DNA from: Fimbriimonadales bacterium
GTDB lineage: Bacteria; Armatimonadota; Fimbriimonadia; Fimbriimonadales; GBS-DC
Length of the DNA: 41,280 bases
Direction of reading: 5' to 3'
Assembly (NCBI GenBank): GCA_046294565.1
Contig: JBKBKS010000003.1
Span: 1 to 41,280 of the forward strand
Shown piece by piece: positions 29,122 through 38,770 of this stretch (positions within the stretch are counted from its first letter, which is position 1; each line of letters starts with the position of its first letter). The position numbers and the translations under genes are program-made. The notes beneath the pieces were generated by a model that saw nothing but the letters and a program-made list of their open reading frames with translations, was not told where the DNA came from and searched no databases.

Positions 29122-30762
29122 ATGCAGAGAATCCTTACGATACTGCTGTCTTCAGGGCTTGCAGCGCATCTCTGGGCGCAAAATGTCCCCAACGCGCCCA
29201 CGCTGCCAGAGAATGTCATCAAACAAGAACACGAGCAACTCACACAGGCGATTAACTTTCTCTCAAAGGGCGCGTTTGAGGAAGCCGACAAACTGGCGCG
29301 CCCGCTGAGCATCCCCGCTGCGATTCGCGTCTACGGCAGCTGGGCGACGATTCCGTATGACCTGCGCGAGACCTTCCGCCAAGCGGCGATAGAGGCGGTA
29401 CAGCGCTGGAACGACGCGCTGGGCGGCGACCCGCGCATCGAGTGGACGGACGACGAGCGCGACGCCGATGTGCAGATTGTCTTCGAAGAGGATGTCGCGG
29501 AGATTGTAGCAGGGCAGTTCAAACTGCTACACGGACGCGCGCGCCTATTTTTACCCCCCGCTCAGGGCGATAAGCGGCGCGTGCGCGCACGGATTGCGAC
29601 CTATATCCCTTACACAGAGATGCCGCAACCGAGCAAAGCCATTGCGCACCTGGTGGGGCAGGCAGTCGGCGCGTACTTGGGGCTGGGCGAAAGCCAAAAA
29701 GATACCGACCTGATGGGACCTGTGTGGAACTCCGAAGACCTCCCCACTGCCCCCAACGCAGAAGAGGTGCAGCGCGTGCGTGCGCTCAATCAAGCGCGTC
29801 TTTCCCTGATGAACTATATCGACCAGCGCGTCGCTGTGCATATGCCCAAGCCGAAAATCAAAGTGGAGGCGATGGAACACGACTTCGGCGAGACCCTCCA
29901 AGGCGCTGTGGTCAAACACACCTTCATCATCAGGAACGAGGGCGACGCGCCGCTGGAGATTAACGCCCGCCCCAGCTGCGGCTGCGTCACGCCCTACTAC
30001 GACCGCGTCATCGAGCCAGGCAAAGAGGGCAAAATCGAGGCGGAGCTGCGCACGGCAGGCTTCCGCGGCGCACAGGTCAAAACTATTCAAGTAACCTCCA
30101 ACGACCCCGACACGCCGAACCTGACTTTGCGCCTGACCACCAACATCCGCACCGCCCTCGAAGTGCGCCCCAGCGAGCAAATCCCCCTCGCGCTCAAAAC
30201 GAACGAGCCGACCGTGCAAGAGGTGGAAATCGTCTCCGCAGTCAACGAGCCGTTGGAGGTGCAAGAGGTGCGCGTGAATGTCCCCTTCGCAACCGCCAAA
30301 GCCGAGAAGATCGACGACAAGCGCACCAAGGTCGTCATCACCATCAGCCCCGACGCGCCCGCAGGACGCAACACGGTGCTGGTGACGGCGCGCACGAACT
30401 CCGCCGCCCAACCCCAAGTGAACATTGCGCTGAACTACGAGAAGGGCATCATCGTCACGCCGACTACAGTGTTCTTCGGGGCAATCAACTCGGCGACGCC
30501 CCTCCCCCTCGAACGGGTGGTCACGGTCAGCCGCAGCGATCAGGGCTTCCAAGTCAAAAAGTTCGAGGTGGACGACCCCAACATCGAGGTTCGGCACGAA
30601 GCGAGCGAGGACGGTAGACAACACCGCTTCATTTTGCGCTACAAGGGCGGCTGGCAGTCGGGTCAGGTGCGTAAGAATCTCCTCATCGAGACGGACGACC
30701 CGCAGCAACCCACGCTGCGCGTGGCGATTATGGCCAATGTGCTCGCTGCGAACCCGCAGTAA
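29122..30762 (+). CDS. Secreted protein with a degenerate matrixin-like domain plus DUF1573/Ig-like domains
   Basis: Signal peptide; HDFGE..HTFIIRNEGDAPLEI..PSCGC..IEPG..SNDP (DUF1573-like). N-terminal AVQRWN..DADVQIVF..LGLGES..LMGP. Confidence 0.85.
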   Translation: MQRILTILLSSGLAAHLWAQNVPNAPTLPENVIKQEHEQLTQAINFLSKGAFEEADKLARPLSIPAAIRVYGSWATIPYDLRETFRQAAIEAVQRWNDALGGDPRIEWTDDERDADVQIVFEEDVAEIVAGQFKLLHGRARLFLPPAQGDKRRVRARIATYIPYTEMPQPSKAIAHLVGQAVGAYLGLGESQKDTDLMGPVWNSEDLPTAPNAEEVQRVRALNQARLSLMNYIDQRVAVHMPKPKIKVEAMEHDFGETLQGAVVKHTFIIRNEGDAPLEINARPSCGCVTPYYDRVIEPGKEGKIEAELRTAGFRGAQVKTIQVTSNDPDTPNLTLRLTTNIRTALEVRPSEQIPLALKTNEPTVQEVEIVSAVNEPLEVQEVRVNVPFATAKAEKIDDKRTKVVITISPDAPAGRNTVLVTARTNSAAQPQVNIALNYEKGIIVTPTTVFFGAINSATPLPLERVVTVSRSDQGFQVKKFEVDDPNIEVRHEASEDGRQHRFILRYKGGWQSGQVRKNLLIETDDPQQPTLRVAIMANVLAANPQ

Positions 30763-30767
30763 TAGCC

Positions 30768-31748
30768 ATGAATACCGATAGGCTACTGAAGCGAGCGCAG
30801 CAAGCGTTGGCGAGGCGCGATGTTGAGACCTTGCGCCAGTGCGCGCGCAAACTCCACATGGCGCGCCACCCTGTAGCCTACTACTACGAGGCGTCCGCTT
30901 ACGAACTCGAAGGCAACATGGAGCAGGCTATCGAGACGCTACAACGCGGCGTGCGCGCCCGACCCCGCGATATCGACCGATACCAAGACCTCATCCAACT
31001 GCTCGATCGGCTGGAACGCGACGAAGAGGCTCTCCAGTTCTGCGAGGCGGCTATCGAAAAATTCGAAGGCACTCAAAAGTTCACCCTCTACGCGCACAAG
31101 ATACGCATACTCACGAGCCTCGAACGCTATCCCGAAGCGCTGCAAGCCGTCGACGACGCGCTGCAACTCCCTCCGCCCGAATATCGCGCAGAGTACGAAG
31201 AGATGCTGGAGCCAGTGCGCTTGGGGCTGCTGGTCAAGCTCAAAGACCACGCAGGGGTACGCGAATCGCTTCAACGCCTCGAACGCATGGCGCAAGAAAA
31301 CCCCGATAACCCCTACCTAATCTCCAATCTGTATGTGGCGAAGGCGTCAATCGCGCGCGATTTAGACGGGGATATCCCCGCCGCACGCGCCCTCGCGCAG
31401 CAAGCCCTGCAGTACGACCGCGCTAACTCAGCCGCGATTAACATCCTCTATGAAACGGGCGAACCTGTACCTGGTACAGTGCATTTTTACGCGCTGCAAG
31501 TAGCCAGCGTCGTACAGCAACAAGAAGACACGGAGACGCCAGAGCTGCGCGTCTCCACCTACATCATCGCCGCGCTCAACAAAGAGGAGGCTCAGCGCAT
31601 CGCCTTGGAGTACGAAAGCGATGCACTGCCTGACGCCACCGAGATTGTGAACGAGGGTACTGTGCGCCGAGAGCCGAAGCAGAACGCGCCCGTCGGTATT
31701 GTGAATATCCGAGAAGAGTATTACGATCTGGAGGACTTCTACGCATGA
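30768..31748 (+). CDS. Tetratricopeptide-repeat protein
   Basis: TPR-like helices (GNMEQAIETLQRGV, ERYPEALQAVDDAL, AARALAQQALQYD) within the operon. Confidence 0.85.
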   Translation: MNTDRLLKRAQQALARRDVETLRQCARKLHMARHPVAYYYEASAYELEGNMEQAIETLQRGVRARPRDIDRYQDLIQLLDRLERDEEALQFCEAAIEKFEGTQKFTLYAHKIRILTSLERYPEALQAVDDALQLPPPEYRAEYEEMLEPVRLGLLVKLKDHAGVRESLQRLERMAQENPDNPYLISNLYVAKASIARDLDGDIPAARALAQQALQYDRANSAAINILYETGEPVPGTVHFYALQVASVVQQQEDTETPELRVSTYIIAALNKEEAQRIALEYESDALPDATEIVNEGTVRREPKQNAPVGIVNIREEYYDLEDFYA

Positions 31749-32080
31749 GACACTTTCAGACCCTGTTGCTGGCGGCGATAGTCGCGCTGTTCGGTTTCTT
31801 GAGCGGCGTGACGCTGATGGATGTGCGCGAGTCGCAGCGTCGCCCGCGCATCGCTGAGAGCGTCGATGCGAAGCGGTTCCGCCTGTACGACGAGCAAGGC
31901 AACCTGCGCGCGGAGCTGGGCATGCCGTTCGGCGAGCCTGCGCTGTTTCTGTATGACGCCAAGGGCAAACCGCGCGCGTGGATTTTGCTAGACCGCGAGG
32001 GGAACGCCCGCATGATGTTCGTGGACGGCGAGGATCAGCCCCAGTGGAGTGCGCCGCCCGCCGACGCCAACAAACCGTAG
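31745..32080 (+). CDS. Small exported/membrane hypothetical protein
   Basis: N-terminal TM and repeated LxDxxGxxR units. ATGA overlap with the previous gene. Confidence 0.75.
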   Translation: MRHFQTLLLAAIVALFGFLSGVTLMDVRESQRRPRIAESVDAKRFRLYDEQGNLRAELGMPFGEPALFLYDAKGKPRAWILLDREGNARMMFVDGEDQPQWSAPPADANKP

Positions 32081-32086
32081 CCGAAC

Positions 32087-32449
32087 ATGATCCTTGGCGT
32101 CGGCGTGGACTTGGTGGAGTTGGAGCGGATTGCGCAGGCGTGCGCACGCCACCCGCGCTTCGTGGAGCGCGTCCTCACGCCCGCCGAGCGCGACTACTGC
32201 CTCGCGCGACGCTCGAACCCGACGCCGCATATCGCAGGCAGGTGGTGCGCGAAGGAGGCTGTGATGAAGGCGGTTGGGCGACCCCTGCGCTGGCAGGAGG
32301 TGGAAATCTTGCCCGACGCGCACGGCAAGCCCGTGGTGCATCTGCACGGCGCGAGTGCGCACGCCGTCGGCACAGGCGAACTGATTGTGAGCATCACGCA
32401 TACACGCACACTCGCTCAAGCCGTCGCCTTGTGGGTGGTGAACCGATGA
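32087..32449 (+). CDS. acpS: Holo-[acyl-carrier-protein] synthase
   Basis: MILGVGVDLV, AGRWCAKEAVMKA, GKP, VSITHT. Confidence 0.96.
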   Translation: MILGVGVDLVELERIAQACARHPRFVERVLTPAERDYCLARRSNPTPHIAGRWCAKEAVMKAVGRPLRWQEVEILPDAHGKPVVHLHGASAHAVGTGELIVSITHTRTLAQAVALWVVNR

Positions 32450-33075
32450 GACGAATCGCGATACTGGTGTCGGGCGCCTCGCGCGGCAGCAACATGCGCG
32501 CGATTATCGAGGCGTGCCAATCGGGTCGCATTCCCGACAGCGCGGTGGTCGCCGTGGTGGGCGCACGCGACGACGCGCCCGCGCTGGAAACCGCCCGCGC
32601 ACTCGGCGTCGCCACCGCGGTTGTCGATCCACGCGAGTTCCCCGACGCCGACGCCTACGGCGACGCATTGCTGTGGGCGCTTCAACGCGCTCAGCCCGAC
32701 CTCATCTGCCTCGCTGGCTACATGCGCTTGCTGCCCAAGCCCATCGTCGACGCCTTCCCGATGCAGGTGATGAATATCCATCCTGCGCTGCTGCCCCTGT
32801 TCGGCGGCAAGGGGATGTACGGCTTGCGCGTGCATCAAGCCGTCCTCGACAGCGGGATGAAAGTCACAGGCTGCACCGTGCATTTCGTGGACGAGCGCTA
32901 CGATACAGGTCCTATTATTTTGCAGCGGTGCATGCCGATACACGACGACGACACGCCCGAAACCTTAGCCGCGCGCCTGCTGCCGATTGAACACGAGACC
33001 TACATCGAGGCGATACGGCTGTTCGTGCAGGGCAAGCTGCGCGTGGCGGGCAATCGCGTCAGAGTGGACGAATAA
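32446..33075 (+). CDS. purN: Phosphoribosylglycinamide formyltransferase
   Basis: IAILVSGASRGSNM, LAGYMRLL, NIHPALLP, TGCTVHFV, YDTGPII. ATG 32446. Confidence 0.96.
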   Translation: MRRIAILVSGASRGSNMRAIIEACQSGRIPDSAVVAVVGARDDAPALETARALGVATAVVDPREFPDADAYGDALLWALQRAQPDLICLAGYMRLLPKPIVDAFPMQVMNIHPALLPLFGGKGMYGLRVHQAVLDSGMKVTGCTVHFVDERYDTGPIILQRCMPIHDDDTPETLAARLLPIEHETYIEAIRLFVQGKLRVAGNRVRVDE

Positions 33076-34294
33076 AGAGATTGCGGAACTGCAACGGCGC
33101 GCCGTGCGCTTGGAGCCAAATGCGTCCCTCAGGAGGCAGCGGCGCGTCGCGGTTCCAATAGTTCTCCAGCGGCGTGTCGTGAACTACCAGCGTCTCGTTG
33201 AGCCATACCGTCACGCGGTCGCCCAGCACCAAGATACGGAAACGGTTCCACTCGCCGACAGGTCGGTCGGCACAGGCGAGCGGCTTATTGAGGCGGCGCT
33301 CGTTGTTGTAGAGTCCCCCAGAGCCGATCGGGTTGTCCCAGATTTGCACTTGGGGCGTGTCGCGCAGGTAGATCCCGCTGTCGCCGCCGCGCTCGATGCG
33401 CCACTCCAGCCACAGTTCGAAGTCGCCGTAGGCGCGCTCGGTTATCAGATGCACGCCTTTGCCGTCAAAGTGCAGCACGCCGTCCACCACGCGCCAGTGC
33501 GATAGATACTTCAGGTTCGCCTGCGCTTGCGCCTGCTGGTGGTCTGCCTCGCTCATGGCGGTCTGGTCGGGCGGGTCGGCGTACCAGCTGTTCCAGCCGC
33601 TCAGGTCGCGCCCGTTGAAGAGCGCGATAAACCCATCGGGCGGCTGGTTCGGCAGGCGCGGCGCGTCGATCTCACGAACGCGCAGGTTGCGGAACTCCAC
33701 GCGCCCGTTGTGCTGGATGAACCCGATATGCCCCGACCCGCGCAGAAAGCCCGGACGCGCACGCAACAGCTCGCGGTCGGTAATCGTGTTCAGGTTCGCA
33801 TCCACAATCGTTACACCGTTCAGCTCGACCTGCACCTGCCGCCCGACGCATCGGATGCGCATCGTGTTCCACGCGCCTGCAGGATTCACTGCGCTTTTAC
33901 GAGCAGGGTACACCCCATAGATTGCGCCGCAGATAGAGCGCGGGTCGGACGGATTGTGCGCGGCGTCGTCTAAGATTTGAATCTCCATCCCGTAGCGCGA
34001 GGCTTGGAAGCCGATGGGCGCGCGGAGGGCTATCCCGTTGTTCGCGCCTGTGCTGAGTCGGAACTCCACTTGCAACTCGAAGTCGCGATAGGCGCGCTTG
34101 GACATCAGTCGCCCGCGCCCGTCGCCGTCGAAGATGAGCGTATCGTTCTCGACAGTGTAGGTCGGCGCGCCGTCCCGTTGCCATTCCGATTCAGTGAAGG
34201 GCAGGGCGCGCCACTCATCGGCGCAGGCGCGCCCCATCAGTGCCCATATCCCGACAACGCCTATCGCCAGCAGCCGAATCGCGAGGCGCATCAT
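33059..34294 (-). CDS. Secreted tandem DUF1080 (3-keto-disaccharide hydrolase-like) protein
   Basis: Two repeats of DFEL..E..NNG/DSGI.LR..E/QIQI.D..WN..G.I..Q.H..FRN, plus LFNGRDLSGW. Confidence 0.9.
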   Translation of the reverse strand: MMRLAIRLLAIGVVGIWALMGRACADEWRALPFTESEWQRDGAPTYTVENDTLIFDGDGRGRLMSKRAYRDFELQVEFRLSTGANNGIALRAPIGFQASRYGMEIQILDDAAHNPSDPRSICGAIYGVYPARKSAVNPAGAWNTMRIRCVGRQVQVELNGVTIVDANLNTITDRELLRARPGFLRGSGHIGFIQHNGRVEFRNLRVREIDAPRLPNQPPDGFIALFNGRDLSGWNSWYADPPDQTAMSEADHQQAQAQANLKYLSHWRVVDGVLHFDGKGVHLITERAYGDFELWLEWRIERGGDSGIYLRDTPQVQIWDNPIGSGGLYNNERRLNKPLACADRPVGEWNRFRILVLGDRVTVWLNETLVVHDTPLENYWNRDAPLPPEGRIWLQAHGAPLQFRNLFIRPL

Positions 34295-36084
34295 GCCCCC
34301 AGCGCAAGCGATTCGAACCGCTCGATGTCGCGTCGGATGGCGTCGAACGCGCCGCGCCAGAAGTGGGGCGTGCGCAGGTCGAAGCCGAACTCCGCCGCGA
34401 GCGTCGGGGCGTCCGCCATCCCCGTGCGCGAGAGCAGGTCGTCGTACCGCGCACGAAACCCGTCGGGGTCGTCCAAGTAGCGCGCGTACAGCCCCAGCCC
34501 GAATAACAAGCCAAACATGTAGGGGTAGTTGTAGAACGCGCTACCGTAGTAGTGCGGTTTCGCCGCCCACATGTAGGGATGCAAGGCGTTCGCATCCAGC
34601 CCGTCGCCGTAAGTTTGGAGTTGCGCGTCGCGCATAATCTCGCACAACTCGCGCGGGCTGAGCTCCCGCGCGTTGCGCTGTTCGAAGACCGTCTTCTCGA
34701 ACAGGTATCGGCTCGTGATATCCACCACCACTTGGCACGCGCCCTGCAGCGAGGCTTCGAGGATGGCAATCTGCGCTTCGCGGTCGGCGTCGCGCAGCGC
34801 GGCTTGGCGGATAATCGTCTCGCAGAAGATGCTGGCGGTCTCGGCGAGCGTCATGGGCGTTTGGCGTTGCAGGAAGGTGCGCTCGGCGAGGCAGAGGTTG
34901 TGATAGGCGTGTCCGAGCTCGTGCGCGAGGGTACTCATGCCGCCGAAGGCGGGCTTGTAGTTGGTGAGGATGCGCGATTCGTCGCGGCGCAAGCGCATGC
35001 AGAACGCGCCGTCGCGCTTGCCCGGCTGCGGTGGGGCGTCGATCCAACGCTCTTCGAACGCGCGGCGGGCAAAATCGCTCATCTTCTGCGAGTAGGTCGC
35101 GAACTGCTCGATGATGAACTGCGCCGCCTCGGCGTACTCCCAACGCTTGGGTTCCTTACCGACGGGCGCGAAGAGGTCGTACCACGCGCACCGCTCGACG
35201 CCGAGCAGTCGCGCCTTCGCATGCAGGTAGCGGCGGAAGTCGGGGAAGGCTTCGTAGGCGGCTTCGAGCATCGCGTTCAGGGTGGCTTCGTCGATAGCGC
35301 TGCGGAACAGCGAGGCGTACAGCGGACTGTCCCAGCCGCGCTTGCGCGTCAGCAGGTTCGTCTCGCCCTTAATTGCGTTCAGCGCGCTGGCGATGGGCAT
35401 CGCATGCTGTTCCCACGCTTGCAGCTCCGCTTCGTAGCCTGCGCGGCGCGCCTCACGGTCAACATCGTAGGCAAGGTTGCGCACCATGCTCATCGTGAGC
35501 GTCTGCTTCTCACCCCGGATGGACACTTCTACCTGAATTTGTGAGGTCAAGTTGCCATACAATTTACTCCAAGCGTTGCCGCCTGTGAGCTGCATCTCGG
35601 CGGCGAGCGATTCTTCGGCGGGCGACATCATATGCTCGGCGGCGACGCGAGCGCGACGCAGCCAGTAGGCGTGTTGACGCGCATGCTCCGAACGCTCAAT
35701 CATCGCCTCCACCTCCTGCGACCCCGCCCACGCCGTGAGGCGCGTGCCGAGCTTCGACAGGCGCACCGACTGACGCTCCAACTCGCTCAGGCGCGCTTGG
35801 GCATACTCATCGCGCGAATCGACCGACACAAACGCATACACATACGCGCTCAGCGTCCACGCTTGGTCGTTCAGCGCGTTGTAGGCGGGCAGCACGCGCT
35901 CCAGCACGCCCGCTGCGAGGTCGGCGTTCAAAGGCGTCGGCGTGCGGTCAATCTGCATCTCATCGAACAAGCCCTCCAGCTCCTCCAGGGCGCGGACCAG
36001 ACTCCGAAAATCGCGCTCATATTCGGGCGAGTCTAGCCCTGCGTAAACCACACTCATATCCCAGCGGGGTAGCTCCGTTTTCAT
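34291..36084 (-). CDS. pepF: M3 family oligoendopeptidase F
   Basis: WID..GKRDGAFC, TLAHELGHAYH, LAETASIFCE, FYNYPY.FG. Confidence 0.93.
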   Translation of the reverse strand: MKTELPRWDMSVVYAGLDSPEYERDFRSLVRALEELEGLFDEMQIDRTPTPLNADLAAGVLERVLPAYNALNDQAWTLSAYVYAFVSVDSRDEYAQARLSELERQSVRLSKLGTRLTAWAGSQEVEAMIERSEHARQHAYWLRRARVAAEHMMSPAEESLAAEMQLTGGNAWSKLYGNLTSQIQVEVSIRGEKQTLTMSMVRNLAYDVDREARRAGYEAELQAWEQHAMPIASALNAIKGETNLLTRKRGWDSPLYASLFRSAIDEATLNAMLEAAYEAFPDFRRYLHAKARLLGVERCAWYDLFAPVGKEPKRWEYAEAAQFIIEQFATYSQKMSDFARRAFEERWIDAPPQPGKRDGAFCMRLRRDESRILTNYKPAFGGMSTLAHELGHAYHNLCLAERTFLQRQTPMTLAETASIFCETIIRQAALRDADREAQIAILEASLQGACQVVVDITSRYLFEKTVFEQRNARELSPRELCEIMRDAQLQTYGDGLDANALHPYMWAAKPHYYGSAFYNYPYMFGLLFGLGLYARYLDDPDGFRARYDDLLSRTGMADAPTLAAEFGFDLRTPHFWRGAFDAIRRDIERFESLALGA

Positions 36085-36141
36085 AGCAGAGAGGATTGTA
36101 CCTACTCTCGATAGGCAAGACGAAGCAAAGTGAGCGAAATG

Positions 36142-36178
36142 CTCTCTCCCACAGCGTGGGAGAGGGGGTCGGTGAGGG
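36142..36178. repeat. REP-like hairpin (ctctcccac...gtgggagag family)
   Basis: ctctctcccac-agc-gtgggagagggg followed by ggtgaggg, flanked by the inverted pair gagcgaa / ttcgctc. Confidence 0.65.
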
Positions 36179-36246
36179 TAATTCGCTCGTCTCGCGTGGA
36201 GGCTATCTATGAACTTCAGACTGTTATTTTTATGAACCCGCTTCTA

Positions 36247-36277
36247 TAGGTTCTTCCTACTGCGTCGGGGGAACCTA
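36247..36277. repeat. REP-like hairpin, same family as 7151-7181
   Basis: taggttcttcc-N9-gggggaaccta. Confidence 0.6.
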
Positions 36278-36392
36278 CAGAAGGGGAGTTGAGTACATCA
36301 CCCTTACAGCCTAAGGCAGTCGGGCATGGCAGGCGGGTCAAGTGGAGTCAAACCGAGTTCACTTGCCTATCAGCCAGTGGCGTTCGCGGCGA

Positions 36393-37034
36393 TTACAAGT
36401 AGGGATTGGTAGCCCGTTCAACGCCGACAGTGGTGTCGGGTCCGTGTCCGGGATGCAGGATTGTGTCGTCGGGCAGGCTCAGCACACGCGTCTGGAGGTG
36501 GTGGCGCAGGGTTTCGAAATCGGCGTAGGGGATGTCGGTGCGTCCGACGCTGCCCGCGAAGATGGCATCGCCACAGAACAGGCGCATGGGTTGGGCATTT
36601 GTCAGCAGGAATCCGAGGTGGTCGGGCGCGTGTCCACGCAGCGCCAGCACTTCGAATTGTAGCGCGCCGATGGTGAACGGCTCGCCCTCGCGTAGGAATC
36701 GGTCGGGTGGAGGCACAGGCTCCGTCGTTGGCAGGTTCAGGAACGCGGTATGCTCGTGCGCATACTGCGCCAGCAGTTCCCACTCGTCGCGACTAATCCA
36801 GAAGGGGGCGTTCGTGTATTGTTTGAGGGCGCGCACCCCCACCACATGGTCGAAGTGCCCGTGCGTGGCTAAGATTGCCGCCACGGGCGGGTCGCCTAAC
36901 GCGCGCAGACCCGCAACAACCTGTTCAGGCTCCAAACCGGGGTCAATCACAGCCGTTTGTCGAGTGGCAAGGCACTGCACGATGTAGCAGTTGGCGCGCA
37001 GCGCGCCCAGCGTGAGTTTCTCGATGTGTACCAT
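36393..37034 (-). CDS. MBL-fold metallo-hydrolase (glyoxalase II-like)
   Basis: ANCY, VIDPG, THGHFDHV, GHAPDH, GDAIFAGSVGRTD, PGHGP.TT. Confidence 0.95.
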   Translation of the reverse strand: MVHIEKLTLGALRANCYIVQCLATRQTAVIDPGLEPEQVVAGLRALGDPPVAAILATHGHFDHVVGVRALKQYTNAPFWISRDEWELLAQYAHEHTAFLNLPTTEPVPPPDRFLREGEPFTIGALQFEVLALRGHAPDHLGFLLTNAQPMRLFCGDAIFAGSVGRTDIPYADFETLRHHLQTRVLSLPDDTILHPGHGPDTTVGVERATNPYL

Positions 37035-37264
37035 TAGGGCATGTAGGTCACAATCGCGGTGAGGGCGAACATCGTGACCGCCAAAATCAGCGTCAGGCGC
37101 GACAGGTTGTCGTCGAAGCCGGGCTTCGCCTTGCCGAACATGCTGTCGGCTGCGCCGGGGCTAAAAACCCCTTCCGAGCGCGAGGTCTGGATTGCCACCA
37201 GCCCGATGAACAGCACCATGACAATCATGTCTACCCAAGTGAGAACAATCTTCAGGATCTCCAT
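37034..37264 (-). CDS. secG: Preprotein translocase subunit SecG
   Basis: 76 aa with two TMs; LVAIQTSRSEG...MFG...DNLSRLTLILAV. Confidence 0.85.
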   Translation of the reverse strand: MEILKIVLTWVDMIVMVLFIGLVAIQTSRSEGVFSPGAADSMFGKAKPGFDDNLSRLTLILAVTMFALTAIVTYMP

Positions 37265-37482
37265 CGTCGCTCCTCGTCAAAGTCGATGGTTTGTTGGAGG
37301 CGGTCGCGCAGGTCGTCCACAGGCTCTTCGAGGGAGCGCGTGACTTCCTCGCCCGCTTTTTTGAATTCGCGCATGGCTTGTCCGACGGAGCGTGCGATTT
37401 CGGGCAGCTTGCGCGGTCCGAAAATCAGCAGCGCAATCACGAACAAGACCATGATTTCGCTAAAGCCGATGCTCCCGAACAT
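37252..37482 (-). CDS. tatA: Twin-arginine translocase TatA/E subunit
   Basis: MFGSIGFSEIMVLFVIALLIFGPRKLPEIARSVGQAMREFKKA. ATG 37482. Confidence 0.93.
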   Translation of the reverse strand: MFGSIGFSEIMVLFVIALLIFGPRKLPEIARSVGQAMREFKKAGEEVTRSLEEPVDDLRDRLQQTIDFDEERRWRS

Positions 37483-37522
37483 ATTTTTTCGCCTCCGCGG
37501 GGATAGCCGCCGCGTAGAGTTA

Positions 37523-38770
37523 TTATACCCCCTCTGGCGTGATGGCGACGAGGGTGCGTCGTTGGGGGGGCAGCAGTTGTTGGGCAAGCGTATGGATGCT
37601 CTGTGGGGTGACGGCGTCGATGGCGGCGATGATTTCTTCCATCGGGGTTACCGCGCCGCGCATCAGCGTCTCACTGCCGATGAGCTCCGCGCGCGCCTGT
37701 GTCGATTCCAGCGCCAACACGCGGTTGCCCTTGAGCAGGTTGCGTGCGCTGGCGACTTCCTCGTCGCTGGGCGGCTCGGTGAGGAGTTGCTCGAGCGCGC
37801 CCTCGATGACTTGCACCGCTTGCTCGAACGCGCTGGGGGCAACGCCGCTGTAGATGACGAACAGCCCGCCGTCGGACATCGGCGCTGCATAACTGCCGAT
37901 TTCGTAGGCGAGTCCGCGCTTCTCGCGCACCTCTTGCCACAACCGACTGAACATACTGCCGCCCAGCAGAGTGTTCAGCACGGCTTGCGCGTAGCGACGC
38001 TCGTCGAAGAACGACACGCCGTCCATCACAACGGCGAAATGGGTCTGTTCCACATCGCGCGTTTCGAGATGGCGCGCCGGGGCGTGCGGACGGCGCGTGG
38101 GCGCGGGCGGCGCAGGGATTTCGGAGTGCGTCGGCTCAGGGGTCCAGCGCCCCAGCCAGCGATCGACTTCGGCGAACAGCGCGTCGGGGTCTAAGTTGCC
38201 AGCCGCTGCGACCACCACGCGCTCTGGGCGGTAATGCGTCTGGATGAACTCTCGTATCATCTCGCGTGTGAACACGCTCACGGTGTCGGGGGTTCCGATG
38301 ATGCGCCGCGCCAGGGGGTGGTCGCCCCAGTGCACTTCCGAGACGCGGTCGTGCAGGATTTCGTCGGGCGTGTCTTCGATCATGCGCATCTCTTCGAGAA
38401 CGACGCCCTTTTCCAGTTCGATGTCGTCGGGGTCTAAGCGTGCGTTCAGGAAGAGGTCGCTCAGCACTTCGACGGCGATGGGCATATGCTCGGCGAGCAT
38501 GCGTGCGTAGTAGAAGGTAAGCTCTTTGCCTGTGGAGGCGTTCAGCACGCCGCCGCGCCCTTCGATTGCTTGCGCGATTTGGGCGGCGGTGCGCGTGTGT
38601 GTGCCTTTGAACAGCATATGCTCCAGAAAGTGCGCGATTCCGTGTTGGTGGGGCAGCTCGTCGCGCGAGCCAGCGCGGATCCAGAGGCTGACGGTCAGCG
38701 ACTGCACCGTGGGGATTGCCTCCGCCACGATGCGGACGCCGTTGCTCAAGGTGGTCTGATGCAGGTTCAT
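37523..38770 (-). CDS. M16 (pitrilysin) family zinc peptidase
   Basis: GSRDE..GIAHFLEHMLFKGT (HxxEH) and LGGSMFSRLWQEVREKRGLAY. Confidence 0.95.
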   Translation of the reverse strand: MNLHQTTLSNGVRIVAEAIPTVQSLTVSLWIRAGSRDELPHQHGIAHFLEHMLFKGTHTRTAAQIAQAIEGRGGVLNASTGKELTFYYARMLAEHMPIAVEVLSDLFLNARLDPDDIELEKGVVLEEMRMIEDTPDEILHDRVSEVHWGDHPLARRIIGTPDTVSVFTREMIREFIQTHYRPERVVVAAAGNLDPDALFAEVDRWLGRWTPEPTHSEIPAPPAPTRRPHAPARHLETRDVEQTHFAVVMDGVSFFDERRYAQAVLNTLLGGSMFSRLWQEVREKRGLAYEIGSYAAPMSDGGLFVIYSGVAPSAFEQAVQVIEGALEQLLTEPPSDEEVASARNLLKGNRVLALESTQARAELIGSETLMRGAVTPMEEIIAAIDAVTPQSIHTLAQQLLPPQRRTLVAITPEGV

